Source: Callorhinchus milii
Taxonomy: Eukaryota
Direction: 5' to 3'
Assembly (NCBI RefSeq): GCF_018977255.1
Contig: NW_024704743.1
Location: 42,162,001 to 42,226,000 of the forward strand
DNA: 64,000 nucleotides
This document shows positions 12,216 through 24,114 of this stretch, one piece after another. Under the pieces are notes generated by a model. That model was given only the letters and a program-made list of their open reading frames with translations, was not told the DNA's origin and made no database searches. The translations under genes and the position numbers were made by a program. How positions within the stretch are numbered: the first letter of the stretch is position 1; every line of letters begins with the position of its first letter.

Positions 12216-15200
12216 ATTAGAACTTGGGACAGTCAGCATGATAAGGGATTCCCTGCAGAAAACTATGTCTGCTATGGCCACCAGTTATGCAACAGTTATA
12301 GAGTTTGAAATCTTTTCCAATCTCATTGTTGTGCTATTTTTACCTCAAAAGTACAATAAAGTTATTGTAGCAAATTGTAGTGTTCAGCCTGTATTAAAGA
12401 ATCTCCTGCGTGGAGTAATACAACGTGCAGTCTCTAGTAAAAGAGATTCTTGCACATGTTACTAGTTTATAGATTTAGTTGGCAACAATACGTATTTGCA
12501 TACGGTGGTCAGCAACAATTCCTTGTACACACTGCTTTAACCATATGTTAATTTTTTTCGAGATTGAGGTTGCTTTCTCTGGAATAATTAGCAGTTTAAA
12601 CAGTAGCTCTTAATGATGTTTGTTTAAAGGGCCCAGGTGCTGCAGTCTCTTAACACACTGCAGAGAATTCAGGAAAAACACACAACATGATAGGCAGTTT
12701 TATCCAATGAATGAGGCAGATATCATCATCCATGAGTGACAAGTAACGAGTGGCTTATGAAGATCTTGCCCATGAACGAAATAAAATTAGTATGTCACTA
12801 ATCCCCATTGCATGTTTTGTATATTCCACCTGACATAAACTTGCTTGAAATTGATTATAAAGTAAGTGAAGGCAGTTATCTGCTTACAGAGAAGCAGATG
12901 TGACACTGCAGAGAGGTTAAGGTGGCATCATAAATATTAGTTAATCTTCACTGCAGAAAATATTATTTAATCATAATTACAGAGTGCAAATGGAGAGTAA
13001 CAATATGCAAGATCAAAATATGTGCTTCTATATGTGTGTATGAAATATCTAATACGTGAGACGGGTGTGTGTGTCCTTCAAAACAAGTGAAATAAACCAA
13101 TTATTCCAACTTGCAATGAGGTATGTACTGCTTATTATGCATGTGCTGAAGTTGTAGAGAAAGTTTTTGAGGAAAATTGCTTGTAGTTGTTGGGTGAAAC
13201 CTTTAGTAAGTAGTTATTCTTTGTACTACCTCCTGAATCCCATCACTAGTGGCTCGTATGGTCACAAATGATGACTGGTTCCTTCATGCACTTGTGCACA
13301 TAAAAGGAAGGGAGATTAGAGTTAAGAGCAAAGGCAACTTAAATATATGTGACCAATTTTAATGCCAAAATAATCTATAAAAGTTTTAGCAAGCCTCATT
13401 ATTTTATGTTTTTCTGTCAAAAATCATGAGCAGCTCCACAGGAATATCTGACAGCGTTTGACAGTTTTAATACTGTTAGTATATTTGTTAGGGGTAGTTT
13501 GGTTAAACAGCTGCAAAGAAAGGATAAGAGCACTGGGAGCAAGCAGAATGAGAAAGGATGTGAACTGTCAGTGTGACGAGGTGTGGGATGGCACTGCATC
13601 CCAGCAACAAAAGAAGAATCATGGGGTGTTGAGCAACGGAGATCACAAAGTCCATTTATAATGTTGAATTGCTCACATACAAACATCTGACTTCATCATA
13701 GTACTTTGAGATAATGTCAAGACGTTCATGCATACACTCTGGCTCGACCCTTTTCATCACCAAGTCAGATCTTCTCTGTGGGAGATCCGACTCGGGAGAG
13801 GAAATTCTAAAACTCAATACATGCTTTTCACGTGGTGAGTTATCTCCAGAGGTAGATTTGCCTCAGGCAAACTTATAATGTAAAAGCAAAATTGTGTGTG
13901 AAATAACAAGGAGCTGGGGCTACATTCAAAGAAATAAGATAATTAGAGGTTCAAATGCAGTTTGGGGAGAAGGAAGAATACAGCTCAAATAGTTTGTCAG
14001 TGTTAACTGAGCATATATATATGCAATCATATATATATAGATGTGTTATTCGCTGCTAGAGCCACAATCTGACTGGGTTACCAGAGAGCAGTGGGATTGG
14101 CTTTGAAGAACCGAGATTTATATGGCAGGAGTAAATGTGAAAAAAGCACAGAAACAATGTTCACTTTTACACTTCCTGAAAAAAGACTGTCTTCAATTTT
14201 TTTCCCTGAAAGAGTTGGACTGATATTAATGTTTCAAATAAGGAGAAAAGGACAACAGGGTTAGGTAGAAAAAGACACCATAGAACATCAGAAAAGGATT
14301 GGGCTAAAGTGCACCCAACAAGGGGACAGCCTGAAAGAAATAATGAAAAAGATAACAAAACAGGAATGTGGTTTATGTCCTAAAGAACTTACTGGGGCTG
14401 AAAGAAATGTTGCAAGAGTAGTCAGCTATTAAACCAATTAAGGACACTCTTCTGAGATCTGTGCAGAAGAAGCATGGGAAATAGTTTGAAAAAGAAGGGA
14501 AGATGCTGTGATGCTGAAAGAATGGCTCCAAACGAAGAGAACAGTGGACCTCTGAACACAGGGATTGTTTTGCTGCAGGAATTTTATTCAAACTGCTGGA
14601 AAATTACATGCCACTTCTGTTTTGCTTAATACACCTTCATTTGAAAGTCTCTTTCAAATCCTCGCCAGGAAACCTCAATCTCTAGAATATCTGGAAACTG
14701 AGCTATAGAAAATCACTGTATAAAATCTACAGAAGTTAGCCCTGTTTCATTTAATTGAATGTTGTATTTATTATATGGAGGGTACTCAAGAGTAACTCAG
14801 CAATACTGTTCCATCCCATGAGTGTTGAAAACTACATAATTCTACATGAATTAGAGACACCAGTTGGATAATTCTACTTACACACTTAGTGTCTTATTTT
14901 CATGACACATTTAAATGGTAACGCTTAATGATTATTTCAAGCGAAGCTGGCCTGAAATATAGTTGGCGCCTTATGTTTGTCATCATCACACAACAGCTTT
15001 CACCTGCCGTCAGATGAGTTTATTTCATTTTGGAGAATCCAAATTTGGGTTAAAACACACTTGATTTTTATAGGTTGTTTTGATGTAATGAAACAACTCA
15101 TCTATCCTCAAATACTGACCAGCATCAATATTATGGCTTATGAAGTGGCTGCAATTCCCACATGTACATGTGAGTAGATTGTACTGTTCCAAATTTCAAG

Positions 15201-15569
15201 GTACGACACCCAGGTCAATAGAGAAGAAATTAAGAAGTGGAGAAATGAAATTAGCATTTTTGTTGGACTGTTTGATGCCATACAAAGATAATGGCCAATG
15301 TGAATAGGCCTAAGGAACCAGAAGAGAAAGGAGTTCTTTCACTCTGATACATTATGATAGTTTTTTTTCCACTGTAGCACATGGTTACATATGGTCATAT
15401 TTTTTCATTGTTTTGGTTCCAAATTATTAGTGGGGGAGGAAGAAGGAGCTAGTTATTTCACACATCTTATATTACAAACAGTCACAGCTGTCTTACTCCT
15501 TTATCTCAGTGAAACTGTTAAGCTCTCATTGCAATTTAAGCAGAGAAATAACCTATTTAACTCACCTAC

Positions 15570-15900
15570 AGGTCTCCACTCCACTTGATGCATTGCCTTG
15601 AAAAGCAGACAGCTGCTTCTTTTCAGCATGAATGCATCGGAGTGTAAACTGTTTTTGTTTTATGCGTATGTACTTTTCCTTAATTGCCTCATCCTCTCTT
15701 ACCACCCATAACATCTGGGAGCAGCAGGGAATTCCTCTTATAAGCCTTGGTCTGATTGGCATAAAGCGTCCCTTAGCAGTTCTATTTGTTTCCCCCACTT
15801 CAGCTGCAAGAGCTTTGGAGATGGTTCACTGAATGGAAAACTTTACACCCCTACAAAACTCTTTAGGGAATTGATTCTCATCTTCTGGATTACAGTGCTG
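15570..15900 (-). mobile_element. Possible degraded L1/Tx1 post-RT relic
   Basis: Broken minus frames give RINSLKSF...PKLLQL and KRNSLLLPDVMGG, resembling L1/Tx1 GRIN..K...PKLLYL and ..TL.LP...GG segments. Confidence 0.3.
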
Positions 15901-16727
15901 CTCTAAAGTTTTCCTATTTGCATTTTCCCAAGTCAAAAAAAATCCTGTTCCACTTTAGTGTGTGTACCTTCAACAGAATCCTTTACCTAATAGCTATTTA
16001 AATGCCTTTTCAGTTTGTTGATACACTTTGCTTTCACACTTTCCTGGGTTGTCTCTCCACATACTCTTTGGGTAAGTTATGGCTTGGGAACTTATAAGGT
16101 ATAAATGATTTTCCTTTGGAACTAACAAATGCCATTGTTTATAGTTATAATTTATAGTTTGATGAGAGAGATGAGAGGGTTTTCTATAATAGTCAGGGTG
16201 GAGGGTGGGGTGTCTCTGGTAATAGCTTGGGGGGTTTCTCAGTCAAGCAAGATTTCATGCTTCCTTTATGAGCAGAGAAATATTATCTTATACTCAGACA
16301 TTCTTCAATGTTTCAGACTAGGAAAGATTGAGTCATTTCTCAATTTACCCAACTGTAATGCGCTTTCAATTCAAATAATTATTTTCAAAGGTTATGTTAA
16401 TCATATCCTCAGGTATTCCTTTAAGTAAAGGAATTAACTCTTGTGAATTAAAATGATATAACAGTCAAAGTTTTTGTTTTTTCTTCTTAGTGCATTGCTT
16501 AATTGGCACCAGAAGGCAATTCTCCAAACTCTAACACGTTTCTAATGCTTTGAGTTAGAGATTGAAATAGGAGGGGGAGTCCCAGTGTATTGAATCCTCA
16601 GAGCAACTGAAAAATTTATGCCACTGTTCCAATTAAATGGTGATAACATTATTCAGCTGTTTTGATCCAGTTGATTACAATGGACAATTCAAGACTTGGG
16701 TAAAACAGTAGGATTAACCAATGCGCA

Positions 16728-17781
16728 GTTAGTCCATCAGCCATCATGATATGATCGAAGAAGGAACAAAGTTGACGAGGTTCTTGTCTGTATATCTCTA
16801 GCAATCTTATGGAAGGGTACTTCTATTATTAATATTTCTATGCTACTGAAATGTTTTTAAAATAATAATATTGTGCATTCTTGCCACCACTGCACATTTC
16901 ACAAACTGTAACCATGGACGATATCAACTCATGGGAGGCTATTGACAAGTTTGTTATTGGCCTGCAACATCTACTTAAATAATTTCAGATAATGTTTTGT
17001 TGTCAAGAATATTCTCTTCCTGTCAGCAAAAGGTGAAATGCAGCTAACCGAAAATACTCAGACCATATAGTTTTCAGATCAAGATTATTTAATAATAATA
17101 ATAATCCTTGCATTTGATATAGCGCTTTTCACGTCTTCTCGACGTCTCAAAGTGCTTCACAGAATAGACTGTAAAGTGAATTGACCGTATATTTGTGGGC
17201 GAAATGTGGCAGCCAATTGCACACAGCAGTGTCCCACAAACAGTCGTGGATTGAAGTGAACAATTTATTATTGGTTTTTTTTGAGGGATTATTATCAGCC
17301 ATGTGGAGTAAGGAAACTTGCCCAAGGTTTCATCCTGCTGGGAATCAAAACCAGGTCTCTTGCTTGCAAAGTGAGTGCTCTAACCACTGAACTACAGGAC
17401 TCTGGAGTGTGTCCCAAGGCAGATTCGTACCTGCGGTTCATGATGTTACCTCAACGTCTTGGTGTGTTAATATATGAGACACCGGTATAGAGTGTTGTCA
17501 TTTATATATTTTGGATGTACTTTGCATTATTTAGGTAGATGGTGCAGGCCAATAACAAATTTGTCAATAGCCTCCCATGAGCTGGCATTGTCCATCGTTA
17601 CAGTTTGTAAAATGTGCAGTGTTGGCAAGAATACATAATATTATTATTTTAAAAATATCTCAGTGGCATAGAAATATTAATAATAGAGGCACCCTTTCAT
17701 GAGATTGCTAGAGATATATAGACAAGAACTTTGTCAACTCTGTTCCTTCTTTGATCATATCATGATGGCTGATGAACTAAC
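16728..17781. repeat. Long inverted repeat: arms 16728-16983 and 17526-17781 (256 bp each)
   Basis: Arms are gap-free reverse complements with about 25 mismatches by manual count (~90% identity); the spacer contains a SINE. Confidence 0.95.
17091..17403 (-). mobile_element. tRNA-Ala-headed SINE, short form
   Basis: Reverse complement of the 39753 copy; tail hairpin loop GAGAA. Confidence 0.92.
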
Positions 17782-18019
17782 AGAAATCATTTGGCACAGA
17801 TTTATTTCAAGTGGGAATATGGAGACAACAACTGACCAAGCAATAGATTGGAGAAAGAAGTCAGAGTGGCAGTATAGTTGGGAGTTAACATGGTGGCCAA
17901 CATAGTTGATCTTTTTTCCTGTTGTGACTTTGTTTAACTAATGTCTAAGAGGCAGTTTCTGTAAAGCAATACACTTTAAATACATTTAAAAAGCATAGTT
18001 TCAGGGTTGTGAAGGGCAG

Positions 18020-18190
18020 GTTTTGAGCAGACAACGTTTCTTTACACAGAGGGTAATTAATAGCAGAAGGGTTACTGAGATGAGTGGTAGAGGGCAGGCT
18101 GCTGGACTCATTTAATAAAACAGCTTGATTCTATGCTGAACAGATGTTAGGATGGGTATTCTAAAGATCAAAACTCATTTCATCCAAATC
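18020..18190 (+). mobile_element. Old CR1 3' relic
   Basis: TTTCTTTACACAGAGGGTAATTAA (FFTQRVIN), GTGGTAGAGG, TCATTTAATAAAACAGCTTGAT. Confidence 0.55.
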
Positions 18191-18439
18191 CTTGTTGTGA
18201 TCTTTGGTTATAAATTGTATCTTTATCCATATTTTTATGAGCTTCAATAACTACTTAATTAGAGAAGTTAATTTCTCCTTGTCAGTAAATGTATTGGTCC
18301 TTGGTGGTGTGTATTCATAATGGGATTTCCTATAATGAAGCTTACTTCCTCTGAAATACCATGGCACATACTGCTTGCTTTCAGCAATTCTTAATTCTTA
18401 ATTCTTAATTCAGCTGCTGCTTAAAATTAAGTTAGTATC

Positions 18440-18720
18440 TAATGAAGTGGCGCTGAAGCTCTGTGCTTTGTGATCATCAACTTTGACGGTTCTGCTCGAT
18501 GATCCCAAATAACTAAAATGTGGAGGCTGAAGTCTGCAGCCAGCTCCCAACCCAACCATTGTCCCGTAGTCAGTCAAAGTCACCCCTTTGACAGTCGAAA
18601 CATAATGACTGATTTTAACTGTACTTTTGGTCCGCTTGATTTGTGTCACTGGTGATATGACTTGTTAGTGCTGGTCGATCTTGAGGTACAACTTATTTGA
18701 GTGATTGTTTGCACCTTGGA
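18440..18720 (-). mobile_element. Very old non-LTR RT relic (CR1/L2 supergroup)
   Basis: ORF 18410..18649: VKISHYVSTVKGVT..GTMVG (cf. VKI...S....V..GVPQGT.LGP) and TVKVDD (cf. KYVDD). Confidence 0.35.
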
Positions 18721-19869
18721 TGTTCAATAGCACTGATGTAACTTTTACACCCATTATATAGCATTTAATCGAATGCTTCCAAAAACAGCACACTAAAAGC
18801 ACAAAACACACTAGTCAATAATGATTGTGGGATTTTCCATTTGGTTGATAATTTCCTATCAATCAGACTTTGAGAGGCTGATGTTTGTTAATTTTCCAAC
18901 ACCAACTAAACCTTAGGGATGACACTTGTGTGTCTAGCTTCTTCCTGTTGGAGATCGTATTAGAGCTCTCCTTTACTTAGATGATTGAATTGTAAAGCAT
19001 TGTGCTCCAGTGTATTCCCTATCTGTCATTTTAATGTGATTTAGTAGTTAATCAAGTCTAATTCTGTCATCCCATCATTGAAATGCCTGACATTTATTTT
19101 TGAGCAATGATTCATTTCTGTAATGCTGTGAAATGTGAGTCTAAAAAGAGCTTATTGAATTTAAGTAAATAATATCATGTGAGACCTTAGCATTTGAATG
19201 ATGCTGAAAAAAATTTGTTCATCTGAACAATTCACAACACGGTTATGTTTGCAAAACATGATCATTTAAATGCTTCAAGATATGGAGAAATGGATCCCTG
19301 TTCCACTGCTTATAAAGACAATAGAAAAACATATTCTGAAAAGAAAAGTTAATTGATTTTTCCCCCTAAATTAGGTCATCCAAGTAACAGCTTGCTCAGC
19401 TGTGCAAGTGGATGTGAATGTGAATTCCCAGCTGTATCTTTAACATGTTTGTTTCAGTATGAGATTGAATCTGCTCACTGTAGCTAGCAGGTATGCCATA
19501 TAAATTAATGAAATGAATCAATACATCGACATATTTATTCGAGAAAGATCGCCAGACGAGATAGTGTCGGGAGAGAGGTTTTATTCTCATGCTTTTCATA
19601 AAAATCACTCGCATAATAAATTTTCCCTCCTGCACCCTCCCCCTTTATCTCCATCTCCTTTAAAATAATTAATTTCATTTCACTTCAAGCAGACAAACGT
19701 TGACACTGAATCCTTTTAATTGTTCATAATTTTGTGTTACATCCATCGCAGATCAAATACACTTGCACTGTCACCAGACTTAAAGCAAACCTGATGTAGG
19801 TTTCTTAACTGTTTACTGTGGAGCTGTTCCTTGTATTGGTCCAGCAATTGGTATCTGCATCATCTCCTA

Positions 19870-20690
19870 GTTTTGATTAACAGACTTGCTGAGTACTTGC
19901 TTGAGAGCTTAATCGAGCTTACTGAACCAGTGTCCGATGAATGAATCAAACTCGCTGAGTGAGTGCTTGAGGAGAGAATTGAACCTGCTAAGCCAGGGGT
20001 TCATTGTTTGTGCTGAGCCGGTGCTCCAAGGGGTTAGTCAGACCTTCTGAGTAAGTGACATTCAAGGATGCACACTCCCACTTCACTGAGCCAGTCCGGA
20101 AACTTGGCGCCTCGTTTGACCCTCAAATCAGCTTTCTACCCCACATCCGTGCCATGACCCATTCTGCCTTCCCCGACCTCCATCACAACATCGCCTGGCT
20201 CCGCCACTGCCTCACCCCTCAAGACGTCGAAACCCTCATTCACATGTTCATCACATCTCAACTACGCCCACTCCCTGCTTGTCGGCTTTCCCAACTTTTC
20301 CTTCCAATCCCTCCGCTCAGCAGGCTCCGACCTGCTCCATGTTCCCCACCATCGGTGGTTGGGCCTTCAGCCTCTCTGCCCCAACCTTTTGGAACTGCAT
20401 CCCACACTCCCTTCGCCTCGCCTCCTCCCTTGCACGTCTCAAGACCCTCCTCTTTGACGGTGCATTCAGCCAACCTCCTACCCTTCTGCCCTCCAAACTC
20501 TCTGATTCCCCGCCCCCCACCTCACTCGGGTCCATTTACTTGACTGTCTAGCGCCTTTGGATGTCCTCCCGATGTGAAAGGGGTTATACAAATGTAATTT
20601 TGCATTGTATCCTACAGGGTTGATCAGACCTGCTGAGTAAGTGTCTCAGGGGTTAATCAGACATCGCGAATGAGTGTTCAAGGGGTTCAT
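19870..20690 (+). repeat. Degenerate ~33-bp minisatellite (consensus near CAGGGGTTAATCAGACCTGCTGAGTAAGTGTCT) split by an L2
   Basis: About 5-6 units at 19870-20060 and 2-3 at 20615-20690. Confidence 0.7.
20065..20603 (+). mobile_element. L2 3' fragment with internal deletions
   Basis: EPVRKLGASFDPQISFLPHI, ETLIHMFITS, IGGWAFSLSAPTFWN; tail GATGTCCTCCCGATGTGAAAGG. Confidence 0.9.
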
Positions 20691-20949
20691 TACCCTGTAC
20701 CAATTGTTCACTAACTGGCATATTATCACATTGGTCAGAGTTAATTAACCTAAAATACAAATTTAGTTAATTAAGCAATCAAAAATTACTTTGCTATAGG
20801 TTCAATGTGTTATAATTGGCAAACCTGATATTTCATAACAAACTTGATAATTATCTTATTAAATCTATTGAGGAATATCACAACTTTATCCAATATTACA
20901 TCAAAAATAGTCGATGGATAATTTACCAGTCTAAACAGCTCTTTTTTTA

Positions 20950-21335
20950 CAATAATTCCTACATTTGGTATTGCACCTTTCGCATATTAGAGATGACTCA
21001 AAGTATTTTACGTGATTTTACTGTAAAGTGCAGTGACTGTATATTTGTAGGTGAACACAGCACACAATGTTGTGCTTAGCAACATTCCATAAACAGCCAT
21101 GAAGTCCATGACCAATTTTATTTGGGGGATTGTTGATCAAGACACCAGGAGAAATAACTCTCTCTTTTCAAAAGGTCCCGTGAGATATTTAACATCCACC
21201 TGAACAGGCAGGTTTAATGGTAACTCCAACAATGCAACACCCCCACCCCACCCAACTCCCCCAGTAGTGTATTGGAGTGTTAGCCTAGACTGTAAGTTTC
21301 AAGTCCCAAAGTGGTACCAGCTGAGCCAGACTGAC
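20950..21335 (-). mobile_element. Deu-type SINE
   Basis: Reverse complement of Deu-SINE body: GACACCAGGAG, TTAACATCCACCTGAACAGG, CTCCAACAATGCA, GTTAGCCTAGA. Confidence 0.65.
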
Positions 21336-22399
21336 ATCAACTCATACCTGTTACTTTGTTTTCTAAAAGTTGAGATACTGAAGTGCTTCATTTTTGTCCT
21401 CTCACCACTTTCTGCTATCACTCTCCGTGCATCAGGCCTCGAAGACATGGACACTACACCTCCTGTATCTAGAAACCAGTACTTGCACTTGATGGTGAAT
21501 ACTGTTTTTTTGTCAGAATGACCCCTTTATACTGAAATAAGTATAGGTGTCATGCATATAGGGGACCTCTCACTCTGGTTTGGATACTTTTAAGCATGAT
21601 TTTCCCAAGTGTACGGCATTCGACGAACCACAAAAAATCAAATGCAGGCATTATTTTATCTTCCTCATATCCAGGCTGCAAGTATTCAATACCTATTTGA
21701 ATTATAAATCCAAAGGCCTGCAGTAAAACTGGAAGCAAGTTCCATGTCTTTTGATCTACTCAACAACAACCTTTGCATGAGGTATTTTCTATAATTTGCA
21801 GACTCATCACAACCCATCCTGGTAAAGGTAAAACAGAATATTTTCTTGTCTCTGCAGGTTTGCTCAGAGTTTATTATTAATTCTATTTCATTTAAGCATT
21901 CAGCTTCAGAGAAGATTTGATTTCGTAGGAGTTGAGATATAGGAAGTCTCTGCTGCTAAACTGGTCACGTTCACAAGGCAGATTTTTCTGCTATTAGATG
22001 TGAACCTATTGGTGACTCTGAACAGCAGTTTACAGTGACACAATGATAAAAAATGATTCAGTCAGAGCTGGGATGTGAATTTTGCTTTGCCCTGAGAATC
22101 CTCTTTTAGATAGTCTTGCAGCACTGTCTAAGTCCACATTGTGCTGTGAAATAAAATACATTAATACAGTAAAACTTGGATAAGTCATATCAGTTGGGAC
22201 CATAATACTTACTATGACTTATGCAAAGTTTGAGCACAGGCAAACTTTGTTGTAACATACACAACTTGTGCAAAGTTATGTATAAATCGGATTTTAGACG
22301 ACTACCACATAGCAAATACAATAAATAAGTACGTCATTTTCTAGCAACTTATCATGACTTTGAGACATCTCAAAGCACTTTTCACAGAGTATACTGTAA

Positions 22400-23020
22400 A
22401 CGACAACAACAAAAAGATTACATTTGTATAGTGTCTTTCAGGTCGGGAGGATGTCCCAAGGCACTGGACAGTGTACAGCATTTCAGATCCGAGCTGGGCT
22501 GCATACTGTGTGGATTTGGCATTAGCAGGAGATTTAAAGGTTTCTTGTGTATGTGAAATGTTTTCAAGTCTTACTGACTTGCTGGTTGGCCCATGTAGTT
22601 TTCCTTTACATATTTTTCCTGAATACTTTTGCTATTCCCACAGTACCGGTGCAGACTCATTGCCAATGTGTTGAGTGATCACAGACTAAACGACACAGAC
22701 AATGGAGTGGAAGTAGCCACTGAGGTCTTAAAACAACAAGAACTTGCATTTATATAGCTCTCTTCACGCAGGGTAACATCTCAGAGCACATAACAGTGAT
22801 GGAGCAAATATATATATAGGTTTATTGCCCCATGCAATAAAATTTACATCTATATAACACCTTTCGGGTCGGAAGGATGTCTCAGTGCAATTGACTCTGC
22901 TGGCTCGGCACCCAAGCTGGGGGTGGGAGCAAAGTGAAGGAGGGAGTCGTAAGCCGACTGGAAGCATGGTCAAAGAGGTACATCTTGAGATGAACCTTGA
23001 AAGAGGTAAGTGAGGAAGTG
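22400..23020 (-). mobile_element. Cluster of three short L2 3'-end fragments (22400-22500, 22730-22800, 22830-23020)
   Basis: Repeated CAACAA...ATTT(A/G)TATA..CTTTC..GTCGG(G/A)AGGATGTC tail motifs. Confidence 0.7.
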
Positions 23021-23229
23021 ACATCATTACCCAAGAACATAGAGGAGAAAGGGAAGTATGATTCAGTCGCCTTTAGAAGCACAGAAACATCAGGTAGCGG
23101 CATATCAGGTTACCCAGCCACTGCAGTCAGGCACCACAAATATGGGTACTCTGCTGTCTCCTTAATTCCAGTATGAAGTTCACCATTAAACTATTACATT
23201 GAACATGAATTGAACACATGACCTCCATT

Positions 23230-23520
23230 GCAGCATTGATTCTAAGCAATGTCTCTGTTGAAGAAGAAGATGGGAAGTGTTTACTTTGGTGTCGAAGAGG
23301 TCTTGGAACTCTCAATGAAGGCAAACAGCCTCCAGTGATGCATTTGCTGCTAGTTGGAGCCTGAAGCTCACTCTCTTAATTCCTAGACGAGTCACAGCCT
23401 CCGGCAGCAATCTAGGATATAAAGAGGCTTCTGACCTCACCTTCAAGCAGTAGGAAGATGCTGGATGCATAGTTGTCTAGGGCTTTTATATGGCTCAGAC
23501 ATCTATCTTGTTACCTGATT
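23230..23520 (-). mobile_element. Possible DIRS-like tyrosine recombinase relic
   Basis: Minus frame IKALDNYASS....VRSLFIS* resembles the DIRS YR VRAL..Y...T....LFIS segment; interrupted. Confidence 0.3.
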
Positions 23521-23780
23521 CTGCTCTGCAATGGTTATAGTTTGCACTTGATTAATTGGAAGCTTGTGGCTTCATGAAGACCAGTGGGCCAATAACCATC
23601 TTAGGAAAACCTCCTTCCTGAATCACTGGTAACTTACAGGGAAATCATTTGGGTTACTTGTGAATTCTGTTTCACGGAAGGGTTTGTTCTTTTTCTCTTT
23701 CTGATGCTTTTTTATATGGTATGTCTTTTACATTGTTGAGAAGTTTGGCTTGTATAGTGCTGATGTGTTGAAATGTTCCA

Positions 23781-24114
23781 AATAATAATAATAATAATAA
23801 TCCTTGCATTTGATATAACGCTTTTCACGTCAGGAAGACGTCCCAAAGCGCTTCACAGAACACACTGTAAAGTGAATTGACTGTATATTTGTGGTCGAAC
23901 GCGGCAGCCAATTGCGCACAGCAATGTCCCACAAACAGTCGTGGATTGAAAATGACCAATTTTTATTATTGCTTTTGTTTTTTGGGTTTTTTGGGGGGAT
24001 TATTATTAGGCGTGTGGAGTAAGGAAACTTGCCCAAGGTTTCGCCCTGCCTGGAATTGAACTCAGGTCTCTCGCTTGCAAAGCGAGTGCTCTAACCACTG
24101 AGCTACAGGACTCC
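23781..24114 (-). mobile_element. tRNA-Ala-headed SINE, short form, younger subfamily
   Basis: Near-identical to the 39753 and 63413 copies; L2-type tail loop. Confidence 0.95.

Noticed and set aside
13417..13560. Minus-strand polypyrimidine acceptor and short open frames
   Set aside because: No convincing donor and no recognisable peptide.
15562..15900. Minus-strand exon ending at AG|GTGAGT, including the idea of an in-frame TGA as selenocysteine
   Set aside because: All three frames have stops downstream of the plausible TTTTGTAG acceptor, no recognisable selenoprotein or SECIS is evident, and L1-like fragments appear in alternate frames.
19870..20690. CRISPR-like array
   Set aside because: The units are degenerate and contiguous with no unique spacers, there are no cas genes, and the context is vertebrate.
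22166..22350. TA-CAGTAAAACTTGGATAAGTC, a pogo/Tigger-like terminus
   Set aside because: No matching second TIR found; the apparent right end is a SINE tail.
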